Shown: in pieces, positions 40,025 through 54,187 of the stretch
Layout of the letters: each line of letters opens with the position of its first letter
Numbering within the stretch: the stretch's first letter is position 1
From: Octopus sinensis
Taxonomy: Eukaryota
Direction: 5' to 3'
DNA: 64,000 bases
NCBI RefSeq assembly: GCF_006345805.1
Contig: NC_043002.1
Span: 43,586,001 to 43,650,000 of the forward strand
Notes under the pieces: model-generated
Seen by the model: only the letters and a program-made list of their open reading frames with translations
Databases searched by the model: none
What the model was told of the DNA's origin: nothing
Made by a program: the position numbers and the translations under genes

Positions 40025-41344
40025 AGATAGATAGATAGACATTTATATATATCTATAATACAATTTGGTTCTGATGAAGAGTATTGATGGCATGATTTTG
40101 TGCTTTGGATTAGGAGCAGCATGACTTGCACGCTCTGTTTTAAAGTTTGTACATTGATACTTTTAGAAGTATTAGAAGTATTCAACAATAAAGGTTCACC
40201 TAAGAGTTCAGTACTTCTACAGAAAGAAAACAGCACAATTACATGACATCAGTACTTACATTTATGCAAAAATCCAAACCTACGTAACTTTTGAATGTTA
40301 TTAACTAAAGCCCTGAAAATATAGTACAGTATTTTTCCTAGAAACCATCTCTTTCATTATAAGAAAAATGCAAAGAGTTACTGAAACAGTGAGCTCACAC
40401 ACGCACGCACACACACACACACACACACGCACACACGCACACACACACACACAACACACACACACACACACACATTTATTAAACCAAGTGTATTGCTCTT
40501 CCTTTTAAACTTTTTGCTAAGCTGAATAAATACAATATATAAAATAACATCATGTCTGTAAATCAAAGGAAAAAAGTATGTTTTCCACCCAAACAATTAT
40601 TCTATTTTTGGTCATCATGTGTGGTGCAAAACTATTTATTTATTCATGTAATTTTCTTTTTCTCTTAATGCAAATTTGCCTTTAGAACTGCTTTGCAGGT
40701 TCACATGTATAAATTTTCTGCTGGTATGTGAGAACACACATGGCCTAATGGTTAGATTATTTGGACCATGGGATTTCGTCTCATACTGCTCTTGTCAACT
40801 CAGTTGCAATAAATACCAACAGAATTTAATTTTCTCTCTCTTTCCAGCCATCACATTTTGTTCTGCTGGTCCAAGACTGAAGGGTGCTCAAAATAATTAG
40901 CAAAAGCATGGTATAATATACATTATCAAACCATGCCCATTTGCAAGAGACAGCTAGTTGTAATCAAATGAATAGTGCTGGTAGGGTTGGATACCTGGCT
41001 CAATAAGCTGTTAAGTAAAATTGACACATGGCTAGGGTGCCAAGGCAAGGAGGAATGACTGAGATATTTTTCTGGTGCTGGACTTAACATGATTTTAAGT
41101 GTGTAGATAAATCTGGGACTCCACCAAAAGAAGGTCGATAATAATTGAGAAAAAAAAAACATAAACAAGCATCACTGTGTGATTAAGAAGCTTGCTTTGT
41201 AAGCAGATGGTTTGGGGTTCTGTCCCACTGTGCAGCACCTTGGGCCAATCAAGAGTCTTTTATTATAGCCCCAGGTCAAACAATGCTTTATGAGTAAATT
41301 TGATTAATAAAACTGTTGAAGCCCATTGTGTGTGTATGTTTGTA

Positions 41345-41375
<31 letters not shown>

Positions 41376-43251
41376 ATGTATGTATGTATGTATGTATGTA
41401 TGTATGTATGTGTTTGAGTTTGTCTCTCAAAATTGCTCGACAACAGGTGTTATTTTGTTTATGTCCCCCTAACTTAGCAGTTCAACACAAGGAACCAAGA
41501 GAATAAGTAACAGACTTTAAATTGTACAGGGATTGGTTTGTTAAATTAAAACCCTCACCCCAATGGCTGGAACAAGTAAACGATAAAAGATACATGTACA
41601 ACAAGAATATCAATAATAATTCTAAAATATTATTATTGATATTATTGTAGTGCTGAAGGTGGCAAGCTGGCAGAATCGTTAGTGTGCTAGAAAAATACTT
41701 TGTAGCATTTCATCCATTTTAATTTTCTGAGTTCAAATTCTGCTGGGGTCGACTTTGCTTTTCATCCTTTCCAGGTTAATAAAATAAGTACCAGTTGAGT
41801 ACTGGGGCTGAGATAATTGATTTACCCCCTCCCCTGAACTTGCTGGCCTAGTGTCAAAATTTGAAATCAATATTATTATAATGCTGAAGGTGGCAAGCTG
41901 GCAGAGTTGTTTGTATGCTGAGCAAAATGCTTAGTGGCATTTCATCCATTTTTATTTTCTGGGTTCAAATTCTACCAAGGTCAGTTTTGCCTTTCATCTT
42001 TTCAGGGTTGATAAAATAAGTACCAGATTGGTACTGGGCTTAATGTAATGGTTTGCTCCCTCTCCCCAACTTGCTGGCCTTGCACCAAAATTTGAAACAA
42101 GTATTATTATAATGCCGATGAGGTTAATATATTTTCAATTTGGGAATTGAGCAAATTTGAAATCCTACAAGTGCAACATGGAGCAACCTCCATGGTTCCC
42201 TTTGTTGTGGGTTAGTAACAGTTGTGTGACAGCCACTGCCAGTAGGTACTGATATTGCTATTAATTAATCTTCAGTTTATATTGCTCAGGCAAAACTGGC
42301 AGAAGTAAGGTTAATTGTCATAAAACACTCCAAAATTTGATTTTGATAACTTGATAAAAGTCTTTTGTTGTCATCGTAAGCCGGAAAAAATGTTTTAAAA
42401 TGTAAACAAAGTGACAAGTAGACAACAATAAGAAAGATATTGCATTTTAAGCCATGATGTTGAAATGTTATGATGTATCTCAAGGCTAGAAACCAATAAT
42501 GGAATAAAAGATGATTTTGTTTTGGTACAAATAATATTTCTTCTGTAGAATTTCAATTTTTAAAAATTGTTCACCAACAGTTTGAATTTATCCCTTATAA
42601 CAAACAATTCAGAAAAAATAAATTAAAAAGTGTTGCAAGTTTGCACATCACTTGTTGCAGTACTTATAAGTAAGTACTATGCTTATATTGTTTATTGTTT
42701 ATTTAGTACAAAGGAAATGAAATTAATAATAAATAATAATAATAAGGATAAACCAGATCATACTTAAATAATTCTAAGGATTGGCCTTGCAAATAGTTTA
42801 CTACAAAACTGAAATTTAGTTGAGTTATTTTACACACATTACTTATTGTGCCTTAATGTCCTGTCATTTAAATAATAGAAAGCCTGAAGGTATGGACCAT
42901 TATGGGGTTGTTCCTATTGGACATCACTTTAGGCTTTGGATAATGATAACATTGGTGGGATTGAAGTAGGCTGGTTTGGAATTGCCTTGATGATGATAAT
43001 GAAGAAAATGGTGATGATAATGACGACAACGACGATGATGATGATGATTTTTGCAGATGAATGAAGATGAAAAGGATGAGGAAAAAGAATCAGGAAATGT
43101 TTTAGATCAAAAATAGTTTCATTCCAAGTGAAAATATCTCTTCATATAAAATGCTTCCATTGGATTATACACACACACACACACACATATATATACATGC
43201 ATACACACATGTATATATGTGTGTGTGTATATATATATATATGTGTGTGTG

Positions 43252-43284
<33 letters not shown>

Positions 43285-43482
43285 ATATATATGTGTGTGT
43301 GTGTATATATATATGTGTGTGTGTATATATATATGTGTGCGTGTGTGTGTATATATATGTGTGTGTGTGTGTATGTATGTATGTATATATGTATATATAT
43401 ATTTAAAAATTATCAGTAGTTAGCGTGAAAAACTTCGTAAGAGAAAAAATCGTAAATTTTTCCACTTTGAAAATATTTATTT

Positions 43483-43781
43483 ATATTATATAGAGGGTAC
43501 TACTATTCATAGATACCGCACGCTAGGATTGCGCTCAAAACTACTAAAATAAACAAATTGTACCGAATGCAAAACTTCAAAGCAAGTCATTTAAAAAAAG
43601 AATTTAGTTACATATTCTGCATTAATTGCGAAATCACAGGTGATATGTAACTAACTTCTTTTTTTAAATGACTTGCTTTGAAGTTTTGCATTCGGTACAA
43701 TTTGTTTATTTTAGTAGTTTTGACCGCAAGGGTCCCTCCTAGCGTGCGGTGTCTATGAATAGTAGTACCCTGAATATAATA
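43483..43781. repeat. Fold-back inverted repeat (~130-bp arms, ~27-bp loop) next to (TA)n
   Basis: agggtactactattcataga...agttacatat / atatgtaact...tctatgaatagtagtaccct, with one 6-bp indel. Confidence 0.95.
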
Positions 43782-44268
43782 TATATATATATAGGCATCG
43801 TCTTCCTTTTCCAACATTTTAGCATTAGCATAGACTTCTGGTATTACCTCCCTTGAACGCTTGGCGGCGGGGCTCTTTTTCTTTAGGCTTTGAAGAACAC
43901 TGAGATTGATATACATTTACAAATTCTAAAGATAATTCTTAATTTATCACAGTTTTCTCAACCCGCTATATTGCATATGTGAGTCGAGCCTCAAGCGTTT
44001 GTGTGTAATTCACATGTAGAACGTTCCGTGAAGGTATTTTCCTGTTGACCTATTAATAAAAGCATATGCGTATGGTCACATATTTATATATCTCCATATG
44101 ATGCACATATGCGCGGGTTGCAGCTACGTAAGTGTATGCAAGTGCGTGAGTGTGTATATATGTGTGTTGCGCGTGTGTGCTTTGTGTGTGTGTGAGGCTA
44201 TATGTTAAGAAGTTTGGTTCCCAACTACACGGTTCTATGTTCAGTCCCAGTTCGTGTGTGTATGTATG

Positions 44269-44402
<134 letters not shown>

Positions 44403-44551
44403 TAAGTGCGTGCGGCTTAGTAGTTAAGGTGTTGCGCCCATGATCGTAAGATTGTGGCTTCGATTCTTACACCGCTACAGAATCCATGAAACTGTCCGAA
44501 TGAGTGTATGACTCGGGTAGGCTCTTTAATCTTTATATATATATATATATA

Positions 44552-47310
44552 TTGTTGTTGGCATCCTTTTTGTCTCGGAAGACAATGGAGTTGCGCATAA
44601 AGTAGTCTAGTCCGGCTTTTGCATTTCATGTCCTGATACATTTCCTGCTGTGGCTGTGTAGTCCTATCATGGACAAACACTCCCTCTGACAGGTACCGCA
44701 AATGTAGCGAAGACTGTTCCTGGCTGGTTGTAATGCCATAGTTTCTTGTTGACGTCTTTTCTTGTCTTTCCATTTCTCCTCTCTCTCTCTGTCACTCCTT
44801 TGTATTCCCTCTCTTACGGTACGTCGCCAGTCTCCACGGTTGCCGGCAACTGCCTCCCAACTGCTAATACAGATGTTGCAGGCCTTCGTGTCCCTTTTGC
44901 AAACATCCTTGTAACGTAAGAACGGTCTACCCACAGACCTAGTACCCCTAGCAAGCTCTCCGTAGAGTATGTCCTTGGGGATTCTGCCATCTTTCATACG
45001 GCTAACATGCCCAAGCCATCTCATACGTCTTTGTGTGAGGAGTGCAAACATGCTTGGTATTCCTGCTTGCCTAAGGACATCTTTGTTGGGGATATGATTC
45101 TGCCATTTGATGCGGAAGATTTTCCGGAGGCAGCGCAGGTGAAAGATGTTTAGGCGACGCTCTTGGCGTGTGTATAGCGTCCAAGTCTCGCTTCCATACA
45201 GTAGAGTGCTAAGTACACATGCCTGGTAGATCTTCATTTTCGTGGTCTTGGTCAGCTTATTGTTGTCCCAAGCCCGTTTGGAGAGTTGGGCCATCGCAGC
45301 AGCTGCCTTGCCAATGCGTATATTGAGCTCAGCGTCAAGGGATAGGTTGTAGGTGACGGTAGAGCCAAAATAGGTAAACTTCTCCACCTCTTGTAATCTG
45401 TGGTCTCCAATATGTATGTTTGGGATGTCCGATGTAGCCTGACCCATGATGTTGGTCTTCGTAAGGCTGATAGCTAAGCCAAACTCGTTACATGCTAACT
45501 CAAAACAGTTAATGAGCCTTTGGAGGGCTTCTTCTGTGTGTGATACCAGAGCGGCATCATCAGCAAATAGCATCTCCTTGATCAGGATGTTTCTGATTTT
45601 GGTCTTGGCACGCAGGCGCGAGAGATTGAACAGTTTCCCGTCACTTCTACTGTGCAGAAACACTCCATCATCTGATGTCTGAAAGGCTTGTGAGAGTAAG
45701 AGCGAGAAGAAGACGCCAAACAATGTAGGAGCGAGGACACAACCTTGCTTTACCCCGTTTTTTATTTGGAAGGCGGCTGATGTTGAACCGTTGTGCTGTA
45801 TGGAGCCTTGCATGTCATCATGGAAAGACTTGATGATCCTCAGCAGCTTTGGTGGACATCCGATTTTTTGGAGCAGGATGAAAAGGCCTGTTCTGCTTAC
45901 CGAGTCAAAGGCCTTTGTTAGATCAATGAAGGCCATATATAATGGCATTTTCTGCTCTCTGGACTTCTAAAGTTGGCGTATGGAGAATATCATATCGATA
46001 GTTGATCTGCTTCTTCTAAAGCTACACTGCGATTCCGGATAGATTCGAGAAGCAAGTAGTTGTAGCCTGGCCAGGATAACGTGGGCAAAGGTCTTTCCAA
46101 CAGTGCTTAGAAGAGATATTCCACGGTAATTGTTACAATCACCACGGTCACCTTTGTTTTTGTAAAGCGTAATGATGTTAGCATCCCGCATATCCTGAGG
46201 GACTGTACCCAGTGTTAATGCATGGTCGGCCCACTTTCTTGGAGCGATGGACTTTTTTAGGCAGAATCCTCACCCTACTTCTAATTAGTGAGTGGTCTGT
46301 GTCACAATCCGCGCTGTGGTAACTGCGGGTCAATAGAGTAGAATTCAGAAAGGATCTCCGTGTAATGATGAGATCCAGCTGATGCCAGTGGTGAGATCTT
46401 GGATGTCTCCAAGATGCCTTGTGGGATGGCTTGTTGGTAAAGAACGTGTTTGTGATGCACAGGTTATGGTATGTGCAGAATTCGAGTAGTCTCTGACCAT
46501 TGTCATTCATGTTGCCAATACCATAGTGTCCAACACAAATGGGCCACGAATCATGGTCAGATCCCACGCGTGCGTTAAAATCCCCATGAAGGTAGATATT
46601 TTCAGTCGTTGGTATATTTTCTATGACACAGTTGAGATCTTTGTAGAACTGGTCCTTGGTCTCCTCTGAGCTGTAGAGAGTGGGAGCATAGATGCTGAGT
46701 AGATGTACTGAGCCAGAAGAAGTCGAGAGGCGCAGTGAGAGGATACGCTCAGTGCCTCCTGATGGTGATTCCAATGAGGAGAGTAATGAGTTTCTCACTG
46801 CAAAGCCAACGCCATGTTGACGGGGTTCTTCTGGATCGGTTCCCTGCCAAAAGAAGGTGAAATCCTGCTCTTTGAGTTTGCCGTTTGAGGGAAGTCTTGT
46901 CTCCTGTAGCCCAGCAATGTCTATGTTGAGCCTCTTTAGTTCACGGTCAATGATGGCCGTTTTCCTTGTGTCTTCAACCCTGAGTAGATCATCAGATATT
47001 CCAGGGTACATGGTCCTGACATTCCAGCTTGCCAACCGCAGGACTGGTGGTTTCTTGACTTTTAGTTGTTTGCCTGGTGCAGAGGTTGCAGGCCGCTTTT
47101 GAAGTCATACTCTTAGCTCCGGAAGAGTGTCGAGTCGAACTCTAAACCGCCTTCGCGGCTCCACTCCGGATTTCTTTGAAGGTTGTCTCCTTTCCGTAAC
47201 CCTGGATAGGGGCCCATACCGGGTACTGTCAGCCGGAGCCAGCTGAGCCTGGAACTCGTCAGGCAGGGTCGTCGCTCCCTGAAGTAGTGAAGAAGTTCGC
47301 TACCCACTAC
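44552..47310 (-). mobile_element. Young RTE (BovB-like) LINE with APE endonuclease and RT, internal deletion, (CAA)n tail
   Basis: EN ORF 46178..47035 has ASWNVRT, LQETRL, GVGFAV, YAPT, GDFNARVG and DTDH. RT ORFs 45967..46191 and 44626..45948 have NYRGISLLS, FIDLTKAFDSV, GVKQGCVLAP, LFADD and RWLGHV, with terminal CGTC...HSRKC. The tail is ggatgccaacaacaa. Confidence 0.96.
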
Positions 47311-47961
47311 CTTTTTAAGTAATGTTAAATTATTATTAGATTTTTCATTCTTTTTCCTACGTTTATTTTATATATTTATTTTCAACCACTAATATTCATC
47401 ATCATCAGCAGCAGCAGCAGTTGTAGTAGCAGCAGCAATATCGCTATCAGCAGTAGCAGAGGCAGCGGTAATAGCAGTAGTAATGGCAGCAGCAACAGCA
47501 GCAGCAGCTTTTTGCTTCACTTCGTTTCATAGGGACAAGTGAGGGGAATAAAGAGAGGGGGGGAGATAGAAAAAGAGAAGAAAAGAGATAAGAAGGAGAA
47601 GGGGAGAGAATAGAGAGATATCCGGTATTGGTGGTGGTGGTGGGGTTTGGGCGGGCGCACAGCGAACAAGGGTCGGTCGGAATAAAGGGACGGTCAGAAT
47701 TTAAGCAAAGGGGGCAGAAGCGAGTAATTTACTTAACGAAATTCTAAGAGATGGAGCTAAAACTAACAAGTTGTCAGTAATGAAAACATTTTTATTTTAC
47801 CATACGATGACAGAGACGCCAAGCTAAGAACATTTTTCTCTTCCTTCTTTCTTCTCCCTCATTTTTCCATTCCTAGTAACCTCTTGAGTTAGCTGCCTTA
47901 AATATTTTCAGTACTGACAGCTTGCTGTTGTTTAAATATATATATATATAATATATATATA

Positions 47962-48024
<63 letters not shown>

Positions 48025-48174
48025 CACATATATATGAATGTGTATATGTCATATATATATGTATGTATATTATATAGTTATTTCGCTTAGGTATGACGAT
48101 ACTAATAACAGATACACCATTAAACTAATGTTGTTGATTACGTGGCTTTTATTCCTCTGTCATTAATCAACTGA

Positions 48175-48822
48175 GAACCCGGCAAGCCAAATGAGACCAT
48201 AACCTGTGGCCTATGCCAGGAGCGTAACCAGCCCGCTAATGCGTACCTTTCCTTCTTTGGTCACTAAACTCTGCTTGCGAAGACTGTTGAGGCAAGTGAA
48301 ATCAAAATCAATTCGATGACTGGCATTCGTGTTAGCGGGGTGCAAAGAGCACCATACGAGTGTGATCGTTGACTGAGCGGCTATTCGAGTATGATCGTTA
48401 CCAGCGTCACCTTACTGGCACTTATGCCTGTGCTTGTAGGGTGCCAAGAGCACCATCCGAGCGTGATCGTTGCCAGAGCAACCAACTGGCTTCCGTACCC
48501 GTGGCACGTAAAAGGGAACCATTCGAGTGTGATCATCACCAACGTCGCTTCATTGGCACCTGTGCCGGTGGCACGTGTAAAAAGATTCGAGCGAGGTCGT
48601 TGCCAGTGCCACCTGACTGGCCCCCGTGTCGGTGACACGTAAAAAGCACCCACTACACTCTCGGAGTGGTTGGCGTTAGGAAGGGCATCCAGCTGTAGAA
48701 ACTCTGCCAGATCAAGATTGGAGCCTGGTGCAGCCATCTGTCTCGCCAGCCCTCAGTCAAAATCGTCCAACCCATGCTAGCATGGAAAGCGGACGTTAAC
48801 GGATGATGATGATGATGATGAT
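48175..48822 (+). mobile_element. 3' UTR/tail of the same LINE family as 28840-30180
   Basis: Ends cccatgctagcatggaaagcggacgttaacg(gat)n and has internal degenerate tandem units. Shorter copies occur at ~6700, 9620, 13278, 30200, 31102 and 32508. Confidence 0.8.
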
Positions 48823-50169
48823 ATATATAAATAAATATTTGCATACAGGCATGTTATGGTGTTTGTGGCGTATGTAACTGAATTGCTATATTTAAAACTT
48901 CTATTTTCTCTGCCATGATAAAATTCAGGATAAAGCGATAACAAAACCTGAATAAAAAATAAATGTTCTTTCATTGATATTATTAGACACGGTGAATCTA
49001 AAATGCATGTATATAGTTCGTTTTCCATCATTTCTAGTTTATATTCCATGTTTGAAATAAAACCTGTCGTGCTAAATGTTAGAGTTTTGAAGGAAGATAT
49101 ATCATTCCAAAACATTCTCTTTAAAAAGTGGTAATAAACCTGTCTCAGAAATTCAACATATTTTGACTTATTCATTTGAACAATAAACCTTTTTTTTTAA
49201 ATTTTCAATCTTTATTTCTACCCTTCCTATTCTGCCCCCCCCCCTCTCTCTTCTCTCTCTTTTTCTCAAATATTTCGTCCGGCTTACTCTTTCAGTAACT
49301 GCAATTCTCTAGAATTCTCCTCTTATCTCATCTATGCTTCTTCGGTAAACACAGACCAAATGGCCAGTTAAATCATTCTAAGCCTGTCTAGAAATTCCTA
49401 GAATAGTCATGAGCACAACTGGATCTTATTAAATTTCTTCCAACCACCTTAAGTATTTCACATTTTCACCGTATTTTTTTTTTTTTTACATATATAGTTT
49501 TGATGCAGTTTTGCTTGCTGAGAGAATGAATATGATCTTGATCATCAGCATGCAAAACTACATCAGTGTAGAAAATTTGAAAATATTCTGGTGGTTATTT
49601 TAGAAAATTCTAGTGGTTGGAAAGAATTTAACAGGATCCACACATCTTCCTCTTCGCTGAATAACTTTTAAAAAAGAGAAAAAAAAAAAAAAAGCGGGGG
49701 CAGAGCCATTTGTGACTACATTCATGGTCACGTGTTTTTTGAATTTAGATAACGAACAGAAACTATTTACAGCTTTTTTCGGTTTCGCTAATGAAATGCA
49801 GAAGTTGTTTAACAAACATAGCAATTTTCAACTCATTTTCGTAGACATAAATGAAAGTGTTAATAATGATAAGTGACGAAAAGGCGGCGACCTGGTTGAA
49901 TCGTTAGCACGACACTTAGCGGCATTTTGTCCGTCTTTACGTTCTGAGTTCAAAATTCCGTAGAGATTGACTTTGCCTTTCATCGTTTCGGAGTCAATAA
50001 AACAAGTAAAATTTGAACGCTGGGGTCGACCTAACTGACCTATTCCTCCCTTGAAATTGTTGGCCTTATGCCAAAACTTGAAAGCAATAATAATAAATAA
50101 CGATGACAAATGATGGTGGTAATGTTTATGGTTATGATGCTGATGAAAAATTGCTCCAGAGTATTATAC

Positions 50170-50418
50170 AACCGGGTTCCTAACCAGCGGGCAGTGAATC
50201 ATTTGGTACTGTGGGCCGCACAAAAAGAATATAATCAAAAATTTTATCTCTATTTTAATAACCACCACAGTTAGTAGAATGTTTTTGTATAATATAAGTA
50301 TTATGTATGTAATATTACATATTATGCACTGGTTTGTTATCTGCGTGATCCCACGACCCGGGAAAATATTATTTGCATTAAAACCGGTTAGAGTTACAAA
50401 AAAGGTTAGGGACCGCTG
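50170..50418. mobile_element. Degenerate hAT/Charlie-like MITE
   Basis: Ends ccgggttcctaacc ... ggttagggaccgctg resemble CAGCGGTCCCCAACC-type TIRs. No clean TSD. Confidence 0.45.
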
Positions 50419-52069
50419 CTATAAAGTCCTGCACAAAATGAATATTATCTTAGGTTTGAAAATAATCTCAATATTCAATGAAAACGAAAGCTATTCTATC
50501 TTTGTCTGTTATCGTCAGTTAATGGTAGTCAGTTTCATATCGTTGTGACCATAGCCTTCCATATACAGTAAATTCGTAAGCTCTTTCTCATCCGGTACTC
50601 AAATAACAGGAACTCTCAAGTAAAGAGCACCCAGAAGAAAAATAAGGAAAAGATAATGTGTTGTGAATAACAGTCAAAAGAATTTGTGCTAACTTACGTT
50701 AATTAAGTAGTTGTCTCTGAATCAAATTAAGAAATACAGCCATATGAGCTAAAAGTACATACAGAGTGCAGAGAATAAAACTCAGGGACAAAAACATGAA
50801 TTGTAAAAAAAAAAAAAGAGTTATGGATGCTTAGGCACGTAAGGAGTTATGAAGGCGAATTTCGTAAAGCAAGGAATTTTTGGCCAGTTGGATAATGCTA
50901 TGTGTGTTTTATTTTAATCTCTAAAAAAAAAAAACGACAAACGTCGCCCTTTTCAAGCCTAGCCAGGCTCATGGGCCCGGTTTCCCGGTTTCTGTGGCGT
51001 ATGTGTCCCCCCCGCCCAGCTTGACGGGACACCAGTCCATTGCAGCGTTACTCAAGAAACAAGAAGAGAGAGTGAGAGAAAGTTGTGGCGAAAGACTACA
51101 ATAGGGGTCGCCACCAACCCCTGCCGGAACCTCGTGGAACTTTTAGGTGTTTTCGCTCAATAAACACACACGACGCCCGGTCTGGGAATGCGCCTCCACA
51201 TTTTAATCTATACGCAGTGCTTAAAATTATGTCCAGTTCCTAAGAGTCTTTTGCATATTTATTTAATTTTTGCGTGAGAATAGTACATATTTTTACACTT
51301 ATATATTTCCTTTAAGAGTTCGTAAGGGATATTGACGCCGAAAAATGCTATGAATGTGTTGTCTTTTTTTAATATTTGAAGAATTTGTTATAATTTTTTG
51401 CTTAGTTCATAAACTGCTAAAATAAGAAATGACACTTCAGCAAAAACCGAAGGGAATATTTTAATCCATTCTCTTACGATATTGTGAACAACGCAATCAA
51501 GTCTGTTAAACGTTTCAAGGTTCTTGAGAATTAAAAAAAAAACATGTTTTATCCATGATAAGATCTGTTATGATAAATTAATAAATTGCAACGGGGAGCT
51601 AAAATTATGTTCTACTAATACATAACATTTTTGGAGTGATAAATAAATAAATTTGTTATTGCATAGTCAGGAGATTGTCAGATAAAATATTTTTACCGTC
51701 TTTAATTACGACACTTGATGTTCTAGGTTCAAATCTCGCCGAGATCAACTTTACCTTACGATATTTCAGAGTTGATGAAATAAATTACCAGCCATACGCC
51801 AGGCCAATGTAATCGACTGACGGACTTCCCTAAATTTCAGGTCTTGTGCCTTTACTGGTTTCAAATTTTGGCACAAGGCCAGCAATTTCAGGAGAGAGAT
51901 TACGTCCATTACATCGAGCCAAGTAACTCAGCTGGTACTTATTTTATAGACCCAGAAAGGATAAAAGGCAGAGTCAACCCTCAGCAGAATTTGAATTCAG
52001 AACATAATGACGAACGAAATACTTCTAAGCATTTTGTCCGGTGTGCTAACGATTCTTTTTTTTTTTTTA

Positions 52070-52522
52070 TTACCCACAAGGGGCTAAGCATAGAGGGGAC
52101 AAAGGACAGACAAAGGGATTAAGTCGATTACATGACCCCAGTGCGTAAATGGTACTTAATTTATCCACCCCGAAAGGATGAAAGGTAAAGTCGACCTCGG
52201 CGGAATTTGAACTCAGAAAGTAACGGCAGACGAAATACCTATTTCTTTACTACCCACAAGGGGCTAAACACACAGAGGACAGATAGACTGATTAAGTCGA
52301 TTATAGGACAGACAGACTGATTAAGTCGATTATATCGATCCCAGTGCGTAACTGGTATTTAATTTATCGACCCCTAGTGCGTAACTTGTACTTAATTTAT
52401 CGACCGCGAAAGGATGAAAGACAAAGTCGACCTCGGCGGAATTTGAACTCAAAACGTAACGGCAGACGAAATACCACTAAGCATCTCGCCCGGCGTGCTA
52501 ACGTTTTTGCCAGCTCGCCGCC
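52070..52522 (-). mobile_element. Tandem family A SINE pair with small internal duplications
   Basis: Two tacccacaaggggctaa...gtcgacctcggcggaatttgaactc units. Confidence 0.8.
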
Positions 52523-52699
52523 AACGATTCTGCAACCTTGCCACTTTAGATCGTGTACATATATTAGAATCAATTATTCCTGTAAAAACTAAAGGAAACT
52601 CTGGGCATTCTTTCCTTTTTTCTGATTTGCCTATAGCGATAACATTTTCCCCTTACTAGACTAATCACTAAGTATTGTATAGTAATATCATCCCAGAAG

Positions 52700-53300
52700 C
52701 AATGGGAAGAGATTAGATGTTCTTAGCCTTTGTTCCTGGGTAAGAGGTAGGTGCCTCAACTAGGAGTCACATCTGTGACTCCTTTTCTCCCTCCCACATC
52801 ATGGATGCTGCGGTAAATGGAAGTGTTACTGCTTCTGTAGCCGAACGGAACAAAATCCTTAAGTCTCGGGACCTTGTCGGCGAACCACTCCTTCCAGCCT
52901 GTGGTGTTTGAGACGGTTGTAGGGGCTGAGCCGCTAACGGCGAAGTTCTTGTCATCGTTGGCGGCTCGCCTTACCGAAATGTCAGGTGATGCCTGTAAAG
53001 GTACTTTACTGTTTCAACGCCTTAGCCTCGCCATCGCTCGTGGTAATGCCACAAGCGTGTTGGCTTGCTTCAGTAGGTTCCGTTGAACATTGTGGTGCGG
53101 GACCAATTGAGGCACATAGTGTTGAATTGATGATTTTTTCTGTATTATTTTTTTTCTTTTTCTTTTTCCTTCTTTTTGTTTCTTTGTTCTTATTTTTCCA
53201 TTTTTATTTTCTCTCTGGATTTTGGATTTGAATTTTTAACGATGAATTTTTAATGTGGTTTTGTATGTATTATATAGGTACTTGTTATATTCCAATAAAA
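52700..53300 (+). mobile_element. CRE-like non-LTR retrotransposon 3' end (restriction-like endonuclease)
   Basis: AERNKILK...FQPVVFETVVG...SGD...LFQRLSLAIARGNATSVLA, followed by a T-rich UTR and AATAAA at ~53294. Confidence 0.75.
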
Positions 53301-53460
53301 GTTTAATAATTCTTTTTAAAAAGGTAATACAGATACAACATCGCTTTTCCGGAACTTTTGTTTCTAAAGTCTTTCCGAACTAGAGGCGTTCACTTTGGTC
53401 AACGCACTCTAAATTAAACAAATGTTGGATTTATTTGAATAATTAAATTAAATACAGATA

Positions 53461-53872
53461 GGCGCAGGAGTGGCTGTGTGGTAAGTAGCTTGTTTACCAA
53501 CCACATGGTTCCGGGTTCAGTCCCACTGCGTGGCACCTTGGGCAAAGTGTCTTCTACTATAGCCTCGGGCCGACCAATGCCTTGTGAGTGGATTTGGTAG
53601 ACGGAAACTGAAAAGAAGCCCGTCGTATATATGTATATATATATATATGGATGTGTGTGTTTGTGTGTCTGTGTTTGTCTCCCTAGCATTGCTTGACAAC
53701 CGATGCTGGTGTGTTTATGTCCCCGTTACTTAGCGGTTCGGCAAAAGAGACCGATAGAATAAGTACTGGGCTTACAAAAGAATAAGTCCCGAAGTCGAGT
53801 TGCTCGATTAAAGGCGGTGATCCAGCATGGCCGCAGTCAAATGACTGAAACAAGTAAAAGAGTAAAAGAGAG
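53461..53872 (+). mobile_element. Full-length SINE family B
   Basis: ggcgcaggagtggctgtgtggtaag (A box), gggttcagtccc (B box), gcaccttgggcaa core, an internal (TA)/(TG) microsatellite and a (gtaaaaga) tail. Confidence 0.85.
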
Positions 53873-54187
53873 TATATCTAAGTTAATTAATACTGTACTG
53901 TGCAAGGAACCACTGAACTACTCAGACGGTCTCGTAGTTTGAATTCCCTCCTCGTAATTTATAACAAGTTCCGCACTACTATCATTGTCTGTAAAGCTGG
54001 TGTTACTCCTGTTTAGTTTGGTGATGTACGAAAACAGAATTGTTTAGAAAGTAATTTAGGGAAACCATCCGCATGAAAAACAACAGGCCTGTAGTTGTTA
54101 GTCTGTTTCATGCATGGCGAACTAACGATGTAAAGTAAAAATCCCGTTATTAGTTCGAATAAATAAACTTGTCTTCTTGTTCTCAAA

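Noticed and set aside
42860-43100. Asp/Glu-rich (plus) or Ser/His-rich (minus) coding-like stretch
   Set aside because: A degenerate (GAT)n repeat with stops and no supported splice context.
47100-47310. HDV-like ribozyme at the RTE 5' end
   Set aside because: Such ribozymes are known in some RTEs, but I could not assign the nested double pseudoknot by eye. The end may be truncated.
53461-53535. tRNA-like sequence with A and B boxes
   Set aside because: It is a SINE head that continues into core and tail and is multicopy. No convincing cloverleaf.
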